Assembly: GCA_951406725.2 (NCBI GenBank)
Contig: OX597815.1
Coordinates: 123,442,001 to 123,506,000 of the forward strand
Origin: Octopus vulgaris
Taxonomy: Eukaryota
Reading direction: 5' to 3'
Length of the DNA stretch: 64,000 nucleotides
Shown: piece by piece, positions 43,436-55,590 of the stretch
How positions within the stretch are numbered: the stretch's first letter is position 1
How the letters are laid out: every line of letters starts with the position of its first letter
Notes under the pieces: model-generated
The model's input: only the letters and a program-made list of their open reading frames with translations
What the model was told of the DNA's origin: nothing
The model's database searches: none
Position numbers and translations under genes: made by a program

Positions 43436-43898
43436 TTAATTATGTTTTTCAACTAAGGATCATTGTCATCATTTTGACATCCACCTTTCCATGCTTGGAT
43501 GGAGTTCTGTTAATAACAATGTTAAGTAAGGTGAAGGAACTTTAAATGAAAAAACTAGTACCAACAAAAATATTTAATAAAAAATTTTTAGACAATATAT
43601 ACAAGTTTAGAACATTTATCTACATGCAGATAACATATGGAATAAAGTCAAGTTAAATATGAAATAGAATTTCGAATGTCATTCATGATTAAGTTGATTA
43701 GGCAAATTTTTTTTAAATAAATTGAATTTTTTTTTTTTACTTATTGTTTCTGTCAAGAAATCCAATTATAATCACCCTAAACTACAAGAATCATTTGATT
43801 TTTATACATATCTTTGTAGAATGTGATAAACGAAAACCATTAAAAATATTCAAAACTTTAAAATTTGAATGAATATTATGCTTGGTATTATATATTAC

Positions 43899-44010
43899 CT
43901 GTTCTTTGGAAATGTAACAAAACTATTTTCATCCCAGGAACCACCATCACAAAATGCTTGCATAATAGAAACAACACCTGCTGAAGGCAAAGGTTTTGCT
44001 GCATAGAAAC
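43899..44010 (-). CDS. ABCA2: ABCA2-like coding exon (112 bp, phase 1 to 2): (S)FYAAKPLPSAGVVSIMQAFCDGGSWDENSFVTFPKN(R)
   Basis: Branch-like CTAAC, pyrimidine tract and acceptor ...cttttctctcattacag|, donor |gtaata. Carries the ABCA-family PSAG...MQ..C motif (ABCA2 as recalled: [30 protein letters not shown]). Too short for the ORF track. Confidence 0.95.
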
Positions 44011-46097
44011 CTGTAATGAGAGAAAAGAAAAGTTAGGAAAATAGTAGAATAATAATTACAAGTGTTCAAAATGGTTTCAAAATGGATACATGAGAATAAA
44101 TTGCTTCATTCAGAGCTTCAGAAAAACACCACTCTTTGTAATATAACTGTCATTGTATTTAATCACAATAACCAACTGAATCATCACACTAAATAGAACA
44201 TATTTCAGTTTATGTTTTAATAAAAATGTACCAAAAGAAGTAACATTTAAATTTTTTTTTTAAATCAGAATAGAGTATTGCAAAAAGAATGTAAAACATT
44301 TATTTTGAAAATTATTTTTTTTAAAAAAGTTTAATTTTCTAAATACGTTTTGAAAGACTAAAATTTTTTAGATGCTACACAAAAAAGTGGCAGCCTTCAG
44401 CGTAAGCCAACCATAAACATGAAATAGTTTATGTATAGAAAATAAAAAGGAAGGAAGGAAAAATACCATTTTGAAACCTTAATTTGCTCTCAACATATGC
44501 CCAGCACAAAGATATATAATGGAAATAATGGACAGAGTTCCCCTGGCTCATCAAAGAGGGCAGTAACTTTTTATAAGAACTATTTCAAACTATGACAATG
44601 TCCAATCCCTGCAAGCATGGAAAAACATGCAAAATAAAGATGATGATTATGATGACTTATACTATGTAAGGACAAAGGTAATTTCTCTTAAGTTAACAAA
44701 AAAGTAACCTTCCCTGTAATATAACCAGAAGGATATTATTACAAATAATTCAATTTCATTTAGCAAGAACACATGAGAATGTTGACATACTTTTTGGAGA
44801 AACAAAATGGAAAAAAAAATAAACTACATATTTGTTGATGCGTGAAGAATGCTGCTGCAAGAAGCAGAGAGATGGATATAATGAATAAGATTGATTTGAG
44901 GGAGAGTTCAAGCATAAGTTTATCAGAGTAGCATATGATAGCAATAAAAGCAGCAGCAGCAGCAGGAGATAATCCAGAAACTATTTCCATCATGAATGTC
45001 ATTCTTCTAAATAGAATACCAGTGATCAAATAAAGTGTACCATTCCAGAAATGGAAAGAATATTTCAGAATGAGGTATTCTTAAGATATGTAGATAGTCA
45101 ACAGATACTCAAGACTGATGTAATTATTAGCAATATAAAAAGATCTAAGCCTCTTCAATTTAATTTTTTAAGTATAAGAAAAAAAGCATTCTATCTTGTG
45201 AAGTGAAAAGGATCTTCTAAAATAGAAATGTGAGGGCAAGGTGTAGTATCCTCTCCCACTGACATAACTGAGAAATGTTTATATTTTGGTGTTAAATGGA
45301 ACCAAGTTGTCAGATAGCTTGTGAAAATTTTGACTGATGGCAGAAGTGGATGCCTGATGTGAACAGAAGATACAAAGAGCAACACAAAGTAGATAATTGT
45401 CTCCAATATGTGGGTCTTGGGTTTTGAATAAGAAATAAAGAATCACTATAGTCACTAAAAACATGGAAGAAATCAAATAAGTAGATTGAATTGCTTCTCT
45501 CGCAAAAAACAAATTAAAAACAGAATTACTCCTAAAGATCATGTGAAGAACATTGGGTTTAATTTAATAAACTAAACCATTTATAAGTTTAGTGGTTGGC
45601 AAAAATCACTCATTGTAACATTCAGAAATAATAAAATAAAGCTGTGATTATTATTATTATTTCAGTTATAAATACCAACACAATCAGTTCTGGCAAAACA
45701 TTTAAGGCAACTTTCTCTCATACAAAGAGGCAAACTTGGATCAAAATAAAATATATATCGTGATATACTTTTATTATATAAAGTTGACTATATATTTTTG
45801 TTTGCATTCATTTTTCTTTTATGTCAGTTTTTTTATGCTAGCATGGGTTAGCTGAATATATAACTGAGATGTTATTTTACAGCCAAATACCCTTCCTGTT
45901 GCAAACTCTTACCTGTTTTTCAAGCAAGAGACCTCTTATTCCACACATTTCTGAACACAAAGAGTCAGTGGCTGATTTATTGACAAGGGGGAAATGAGAA
46001 AATATCACTGGTTGCAGCTCAGCAATTTTCAGACGCACAAATATAAACACAGACATATATATTGCATATAGACGAGGACAGTAACAAAGTGCCAGTC

Positions 46098-46380
46098 TCT
46101 AACTGTGGAGGGAATCTGTGGAAGAAGTAGAGCCGGGAAGACGGAACAAGGTGGTGAAGAATGATCTTTGGATGCTGAGGCTCACAGAGGTGATGACAAA
46201 TGATCGAGACCTTTGGCAATTTGCTGTGAGAATACATATCAAGTCAAATGAAATCATGGTCATGGCCAGTGCCAGTAACATGTAAAAGACATCCACTACA
46301 CTCTTAGAGTGGTTGGCATTATTAGTTTGAGTCAAACCATCTAACTCATGCCAACATGGAAAACAGACACTAAATGATAT
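46098..46380 (+). mobile_element. RTE LINE 3' fragment
   Basis: TVEGICGRSRAGKT..KVVKNDLWMLRLTEVMTNDRDLWQFAV plus a shortened 3'UTR. Confidence 0.75.
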
Positions 46381-46517
46381 ATGACAGGCTCCTTTCAGTT
46401 TCCATCTACCTATTCAATACACAAGGCTTTGGTTGATCAAGTGCCACCCAGAAAGATTGAAACCAAAACCACATGGTTGGGAAATGAACTTAACTATATA
46501 ATCATGACTGTGCCTGT

Positions 46518-46905
46518 TATTATCATCATCATCATCATTTAATGTCTGTTTTCCATGCTGGCATGGGTTGGATAGTTCGACTGAAAACTGGTAAGCCAGG
46601 GAGCTGCACCAAGTTCTGATATGATTTGACAAGGTTTCTATGGCTGGATGTCCTTCCTAACACCAACCACTAAGTATAGTGGGTGTTTTATGTGTCACCA
46701 GCAAGGGTGCCATTTACTTAATACTGATATCATCCACAAATACAGTCTCACTTGGCTTGACAGGACTACACAGCATGTTGTATCACCAAAGTTTGTCACC
46801 TATCACTACCTCCATGAGGCCCAATGCTCAAATGGTGCTTTTTACATTCCACTGACATGGATGCCAGACAGCACTGGCATTGGCCACGACTACAATTTCA
46901 CTTGG
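46518..46905 (-). mobile_element. RTE 3'UTR fragment, inverted relative to 46098-46380
   Basis: (ATC)n-atttaatgtctgttttccatgctggcatgggttgga... matches 3231 and 55591. Confidence 0.8.
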
Positions 46906-47644
46906 TGACATAACTATTATCATCATTTACCAGTTTGTATATGTAAGGTATAAATAATTATGCATTAGATGATTAAATTTATTATATACTTTAGTCATTG
47001 TAGCATGTTCTCACTTGACATAATAGTACACACAGGAGCAAATTTAACTATATAATTTAACATTTTAAAAATGCTGTCTAATATCTCAAACATTTTACAA
47101 TATTTTCTCTTTTTTTCACATTTAAAAATATAATTTGCTCTTAATTCTTAAATACAGGCCTAAATTAAAAGACCTAATCAACTTGACTTTGAATTTTTTA
47201 AAGAAGTATTAGATTAGAATGAAACAATATCACGTGGCTGTTTGGCATGGCTGGTTGGATGGTGAATGTGTTCTGCTGACAGTATTTTTTGATACTGGCA
47301 GTAACTATACATGCACAAATACAGAGAAATATACACATGCAGATAGAATGATAAAGAGGGAAAGATATTACAATTTATTAATTGAACATAACTGACAAAC
47401 GCTTTTCCTATCCTCAAAGGCATAAAAAAATATTCACATAGACAGAGAAGCAGATGATGAACTCTAAAGGTTTTTCATTCTTTCTGTTTTTGCCTCTTAT
47501 TACTTTCTTTTGAAGAGTGTAGGCTCGAACCATAAAAGACTTTTTCATTTTTCCCAAGTGTCAAAACTAATACACTTGCTTGTTGTTCATACACCAGTTT
47601 TTGACTTTGGTTTTTCTATAAATTTCAACTACATATATATAATG

Positions 47645-47912
47645 AAATTAATGAAGATCAGGAGAATGGAGATTTGCGCATCCAAGTTTTATTACACAGT
47701 TATTTACATCATTCTTCATTTAGACCTACATGCATTTCTGCTGCTAATTACTGCACACTGACAAGTGTGCATCTTGGTGTTAATTATAGTACAGCTTCAT
47801 CAGTGTACAGTGGTTTGCAGTGAAAACATGCATAGGTCTAGTGATGAATGATGTAAATAACTGTAAAAAAACTTGAATGTGCAATCTCCATTCTCCTGTT
47901 CTTCATTAATTT
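47645..47912. repeat. About 270-bp imperfect palindrome (fold-back element)
   Basis: Arms 47645-47761 and 47800-47912 are reverse complements (AAATTAATGAAGA.CAGGAGAATGGAGATT...). Confidence 0.85.
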
Positions 47913-48120
47913 ATTTTCTCTACGGAAACTATACAGTCCTTATAAGGAAATTTGGATTTACTAAGTGAGGATTAACTGAGTATAGTAAATTTTAACTAAC
48001 CTGAGTTTCCCCAACACTCACTGTGGCTAGCCAGCATTGAGAACCGATAACAGGTAACTGCCAGGGTTATATATCTTTCAAAACCATTTTTGGAAATATT
48101 ACTTTCGGAAATTTTATTTA

Positions 48121-48152
<32 letters not shown>

Positions 48153-51100
48153 AAGAGAGAGAGGGGGGGGAGAACAAGAGAAACATTAAAATGTCTGATG
48201 TCAAATAAGTCGTCATCAAATCAGCAACACCAAAAAGACAAGAAGCTAAAATATCTCATACTCATCTCAGACTTACAACATCCTATAATATTTTATTCAA
48301 AATGTACCATGTAGTACTAAATAAACCACAACAACGTTGTTATTTTAGTATCAGTCCCTTGATATAACTCTTTGACATGACTAATATCACTAATGCTTTC
48401 AGAGAGGTATAAATCTCATTGCAACCATTTCATCCAAATTGAAAAAATATGTATTTGATTTTTAAAAGCCATTTCTAATAGAAATGCTTTTAGTTTTCTG
48501 TTGCTTTCAGTCTCAAAGTCATTTTCCTTTTCAGAGTAAATTACAATGTTGGTGATCAGAACATCAAACTTTGAGAATACTATTATCATGAATAAACCTA
48601 TTAGTTAAATTAATAGAAGAAACTATTCTTTGGATACAGCAATTAAAATAATAGCAAGGATGCCATCTAGGCCTGTAAAAGTGTTAATGAGAAAAAAAGA
48701 ATACCTCAATAAGAGGTGAGGAAAGAAATGGAAACAACAAAAGAAATGGAAACAGCGAAAGAAAAGAAAAATAGATGGGAAAATAGTGTTGAGAATACGG
48801 TTGAATGCCTAATGGATAGTGAAGGACTTGGCAGCAGACCTGCTAACACAGCTATCTGAGTTGAACAAAGGAGGAAAGAAAAAGTTTCCAAACTTTATGG
48901 AGAAACGTTTGGCAGTAAAACAAAACTTGCTCACATTTGGCAAAGAGAAGAAGAATAATGGAATGTATAACATTTAGTAAATTGTAAATTCACATGATGT
49001 TAATATTCTGTTACAACTAAAGGGCAATGTGTGTGTGTGTGTGTATACACAAACACATTTTCCCTTAATTTAGTGTTCTATTACCCTAAAAACATCTTTA
49101 CTGTAATATGACTTATCTATGAAGAAAAATTGTTTGATAGCCATACTTTCTGAATAAAAGGAATAATTATTCCAACATCATCATTTTATAATATTTTCTT
49201 CTAAAACTTGCATGGGTTGGACAGATCTTTTTCCTTCGCAATGTTTTACCACTTGATACAGTCCTTTGTCATCTCTTTTCTGAGGTCCAGCCTCCTGAGA
49301 TAAGCTTTCAACACTCCTTTACATGTCTTCCAAGATCTTTCTCTTTCATTGGTTCCTTCAACTTACAGTGCTTGGCATTTCGTTACACAATCATCATCCT
49401 CTATACAAGTTGCACAATTGTACTAACTCACTCTTCTACCTTGCACTACATCTGATTTTTTACTCAATCCATTTGTGCTCAGAGCATGTTCACATTTATT
49501 TCCAGGCTTTGAATATCCCTCTACATTCAATGATCATTTTTCATGACTATGCAGCCCATTCACACACATACACAGCCGATACCTTTGTTATCAGCAGATA
49601 TAATAGTTCCCACATTCCGACCCCACCCCATTCTTACTAACATGCTTTCAAAACATCTGCCCCCATTTCTTATTAGGCTATCTAGGTAATGGAGGCTATA
49701 AACTGGTTTATAATGCAAGTCTATTAATTAATTACATATTTTTATTGTGCTAAAAGTTGATTAGCAAGTGAATACAAATATATGTCCAACATAAATTCTT
49801 GAATAAATTAGATGATTAAAAAGAGAACACAAAACAGTTGGCTTCAGAAAAGCAATGTTTAAACTTCAGAAATAAAATTGATTGTAAAAAAACCATAAAA
49901 TAATGAAAAATATTTTGGTTCTGTTACAATAATTGTAGGACAAGCAACAACTGACACAATTTAATTCTATGAGTTATTACATTAAAATAATATATAATCA
50001 TCAATGGAGACTATACTGTATTTAATAGCAATGTTATAAAAAAAATATTGCAGATGACTGTCTGCTGGTAATACAAAAAGATAATTTATTTAAAAAGAAA
50101 AATTTTTAAATAACCAAATATGTTACTATGAACAGTTAACAGTTTTCAAGACATTTAATATAGGGTAAGTTAAATCCCCATCAAAAACAAAACTATTATG
50201 TTTCTCTACAGAACTCACAGATTACTGAAAAGGATAATTGCCAACTTCAAAACAGAAATTTCTTTTTTAGTATTAAATTCAGTTTTATATAACAGAATCA
50301 TTCATACAGCTGAAGTGACAGGGGAAGACCAGTCTTACTTTTAATCCAATGTATACACACACATACAAAAAGAATGCTGCTCTAACACTGATGCCTGTGT
50401 AATATTAAATTCAACAAGTTTTTATACATTTTAGATTATATATTATAAATTCTTGATATCCTTTTTCATAACATAATGCTCTGTAGGGTCATGTTTAATA
50501 TAAAGAAGACTGGATCCACTAATACAATTTTGTATAAAATGCTTCAGTAGACATTCAAGCTATAAGTGACACATCCATATTACAAGAAGATCAAATTAGA
50601 TTAAATAGTGATTATTGACTGTACATTGCTAGTCACTTAAGCCATTACTATCTATAAAAACAATGTTATTTTAGACATTTTCTGCACAGTTGTATACATA
50701 TGTATACAAATGAACAGCATGAGTAACTATATGATTAAAATGTTTGCTTTGCAGCTATGGTTATAATCTAATTTCTGCTGCATGGCATCATGGGAGAGCA
50801 TCTACTATAGCCTCTGGATGACAAAATTACTTTGTGAGTGAAATTGAGGGATGGAAACTGCAGCAATGATTTTCGTCTTATATTGCTTCCAAAACTAATT
50901 GTTCAAAACACAATAAGTCTATGATGTAATTTTATCTCAGACAATTCCACAGCTTCATGTCCTCTACTGAGTGTAACAATAAATGTGAAACCAACATTCA
51001 CTTTCTAGCCAGCCATAACCAACAACATAAAATATTGTTCCAAAAAATTTTTTAGAGTGTGTTTTTATCTTTCTTTTTTTATCTATGAACAACTAACCAA

Positions 51101-54100
51101 TCTATATAATATAGTGGGGAGAGTGAGTACCTGCCAATTTGCTTTGATATTTACACCTGGGGTAAAACAAAATATACATGGTTGTTCAGTAGTTCATTGT
51201 GGAAAAGCCTAAGAGAACAAGTAGCTTATTTGCAAATAAGGGTTAACAGGAAAAGCTATTCATCTAACCCATGTAAGCATAGAAATAGCAGATATAACAA
51301 CAATAATGACAACATCATTAAACAATGAGTATTTCTTTGGATTAGGTTTATTTCAGCTATTGGGATTCTTAAAAGCTATAGGAAAAAAATATCAAGACAC
51401 ATTCTTTCTGAAGCAATCCTTTTAAAATGAATTTCCAGTAACTTAAGCCAATATTAATTACCACTAATTCATGTCCATTAAAAATCACAATCAGACATGG
51501 GAGAAAAGACTATAAATTATATAAATGCCAGCTATACATAAAAATATACATACAGTGTAAAAAATTACTAAAATAGTAATTTTTTATAGATGGTAATAAC
51601 TTAAGTAAATAGTAATGTGCACTCAATCCCTGTTTAATCTACCCCAATCTTGCAGTAGTTATGAATAAATTCCTTATTTTTTTTTATATAAAAGTAACAT
51701 TGTTTGATAAATATATTCCATAGTCATCAATTTTAATATTAATTTTTTTTTATTAGAAATTAACTTTTTAAAAATGATTTTTGTTTGCATTTATCAATGA
51801 AGTCAGTATAACAGAGGAAGCTATTAGTCTTCATTTGAGTTGATTCAATTCAGTAAATAATTTGCAGATCTCTGACAATATTAGATTCAATATTAAATTG
51901 CAGTATCCTTTGATAAAGTTACATCTGTTCTTTTGACTTTCCTTTATAACTTGTCTGCTGGGGGTATAAATAAACTAATCATTCAGAGTAGTATTATCAA
52001 GGGAACTAATACTGCAAACAAAACTCCATAGCTGAGGCTACTTCTAAATAATAGATATTTCTAATTAAAGTAAGTGACTATTTCAGCAGCTAAAAGCATA
52101 TAACCCTTTATAAATCACAGGGTGGGTAACTAAAGAAACATAATCCTGGTAACGGCTAGATTATTCTGAGTTCAGTTCTTTCTGCAAAGAAAATAGCAGC
52201 TATAAACTTCATATTTAACTAAACTTGTTTATATTGCTTAATTTTTAATACTTAACTTTAATTTCATAAAAGAGTATGTTAGTGAGTGTATTTTTATTGG
52301 TTTACATATTAGCTACTCTTTTCAATTACCAACGACCATGATAGAGAATGTCAAGCATTTATTTTTATTAAATCTAAGCACTCTAGAATTTGCTTACCCA
52401 GAATTTTTTTTTAATGGGCAGATCATGAGAGGGGGCAGTGATCATAAAACTTGAAATCCCACCCAGTCTGATGAAACTAATATGATTGATGTTCACCTTG
52501 AATATCAGTAAGTTTTTGTCTGTAGGAAAAAGGTAGGTTGGAGAGGTATTCTAGGGAATAGCTGACTTGAGAAAAATGGGACTGGACAAAGTATAAGGCT
52601 CATGGGTGAACCATAACTAACCAAAGGAGCAGAGATGGGGTACTGACAGAGAGGGTGTGCAGCTAGCTAGTTTAAAAGAGTAGAGGCTACATCAGTAGAG
52701 GAACATGTATGTGAGATAGAAATTGTAGTAATGTTCATGAATAAATCTTTGCCAATTAAACAGTTTTCACTGCAAAATGGAATCAATCTAACAGATATTT
52801 TCTGTATTGACCAGAAAGTCACTTTCCTCATTCTGTGTTCCATGTGAATTTACTTTGAAATAGACTACAGGATTCCTATGTAAATTAATTAAAACTTAAT
52901 TGCTAAGTTGAAGAGTGACAAGATTTAAAAAAACGCTTTTTGACAAAGGAGAAATGGAAAGAAAGAAAAGTAATAAGAAATTAATATTTCTTTTTTTCTT
53001 ATAGGTATAACTGGAAAGCATTAAGGCTTCACAGCAATGCCATTGTCTGCTATGCACAAGGAGACTATAGGTAGTGAAGGTAAGGAGAATCATAGAAATC
53101 ATATACTAGCAGAATAAACATTCACATGACATTTAATAATGTAATATAGAAAGAAAAACGGAGCTTGTTTTTCTTTCAACAAAAACAGGTTTGTAAAATG
53201 GGACAATTCTACTGTTAAATCCAATTTTCTGAAAATTCTTAAATGAATCAATTTCTAATTATCTCACCCTATCATTACTCTTTTGACTGCTAATTACACA
53301 TCAAAATTATCAATGTATTTTTGGAAAGCAAACAACTGATGCTTCAAATTCAAAAACTATTTTCCAAAATAGCATGAATTCATTGCTACTCTTGCCTTTG
53401 GTTTAGTTACTTCTCATTATAGGTAGTCTAGAAGTTATTGTGTTCACCACTTATATTACTGTCTCAAATCCTAGAACTCATAGGGCCAGTTATCCATTCT
53501 CTCTGAACAGGACACAAATCTGTTGTAGGGTTACTCGTTTACAGCTGAATGAAATGGAGCATTGTGAAATTAAGTGTTTTGCTCAAGAACACAATAGTGT
53601 TCCAGGAATTGAAACCACAACCATATGATTGTGAGTGCAACACTTACCACTAGGCCAAGCACTTTCATTACTATAAATACATTAGCACTAATTTCACTCT
53701 TTATTTTCCTGTATGATATCCCAAAGTTACTTTCCTTCATAGCTTTGTATTGCTTTACCACCCCAGCATATGTACAATATTTCTTTCTGCATAAATATTT
53801 CTGTATCCTCTTCAATATAGACACATGTGTGTCTGAGCTTTGCTGAAGAAATCTAATAAAGTCAAAACATGTCTGGAGTTGTCACTGTCTACTAAAATTT
53901 TAACTATATTTCTCCTAATAGACCTCGGTTAGATGGTGGGTATAAACTCAAAAGCTGTGAATTATAACAAATTTTTCCAAAGACTACGTTGGATACCAAA
54001 ATAATCACAAAGGGGTATCTTCTATTGGTCATTCGGCCAGATAGAAGTAGCAACCAAATCTGCCTCAAATCACACTCTTTAAGAAAAAAGTAAATGTATT

Positions 54101-55590
54101 ATGCCTTAGATAATGAAGTACTAGATACACTATCTGAAAGAACAATAGAATGGTGGCAGCAGGAACACCTTTGATTATAAGTCTGTTTGATGAAGGTTGG
54201 CCTTGTACAAAACAAAAGCAGTAACAATTAATTGAATGTATAGTTACTCATAAATCTACTTGTAGCAATGAAGAGAGATTTGACATTAAGCTTTGCACAT
54301 CTTTATATTTAACTCCAAATTAATTGCTTTAATCATAATTTGGCACAGATCCTGATGTAAATCCCAAACAACATAATGGCTAATATCAGTTATTAGCATT
54401 AAGAGACATGAATACATCATTATTTCGTATTACCATCTTAGTAACATTCTTTTTTCTTATTTATATATGGAGAGATCTACTCAGTGATGAAATAACTAAG
54501 TGGATAAAATATTCAACTACATTCTTATAAACAAATCAACGACATGCACTTCATTCATAATGTTCCACGCATTTTTTATTTTTTTAACATTTGCTCATAG
54601 CCCATATTTATATCATATCCTACAAGTAAAAATATTTCCATCTCTGGCAAGCCTTATGTAAGCAAAAATGAAAATTTTGACAAAGACTATCTAAAAATTA
54701 TCAACTTCCCAACAGCACACAAATACATTAAAATTTAACTTTTTTTTCTACTTTAGTCCTATTTTAGTCAGGAAATATTCTGCTTTACCTTACTGAGAAG
54801 TTCTCTGCTAACTTTTCAGAATTCTTACTACTCACCACTTCCTAACCAAAATAGCTCTCTAAAATGCAGTCCAGCAAATAAATAAAGTCACCAGCTTTGC
54901 TTCCAACTCCACTATCACACTCTCAACCATGTATGTGCAGTTGTCATAAACAAAAACTAAAATTGTTCCAACCTAACAAAGCAATTAGTCCTGAGGAAAC
55001 ACATTACCCTTTCTTTAATTTACATCTTAAAGATGATAGAAATAGTTGTAAAATTTTTTTTTAAATATTATTTTAATCATTACCATTTTGAATTTTCCTC
55101 CACCCTGTGTGAATACCAGTATTGTTTCTGGTGAGTCATATTTACTACAACCTTCCACTACAATAACTGGTTTTATGCATGGCCAATATAAGATTTTAAC
55201 TGACAACTCATTCAGCTGAGTGTTTTATAGTAAGCTTTATCATCATCATTCTCATTTTAATGTCCATTTCACCATGACTGCATGAATAACTTGAAATTCA
55301 CCCAGGCAAATTTTCTATGACCAGATGCCCTTCTTGTCACCAACTCTCATCTGTTTCTAAGCAAAGTAATACACTTTTACAGACAATTGTGAATGAATAA
55401 CACTATTATTATGAAGGTGATGCTTGTTTACAATTAGCACACAATGTCAAGACAAGGAGACACACACACATACAATAAGCTTAAGTTTATAACCATTAAA
55501 ACCACTCACAAAGCTTCAGTTGTACTGACACTGGAGTCTACTCTAGACACCTACCAAAGTGTTGCATAATGGGACTGAATCCAAAAATAT

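Noticed and set aside
44756-45029. Hydrophobic minus-strand ORFs as an extra transporter exon
   Set aside because: No recognisable ABCA similarity, and the flanking exons already join in frame with continuous similarity. Hydrophobicity follows from T-richness.
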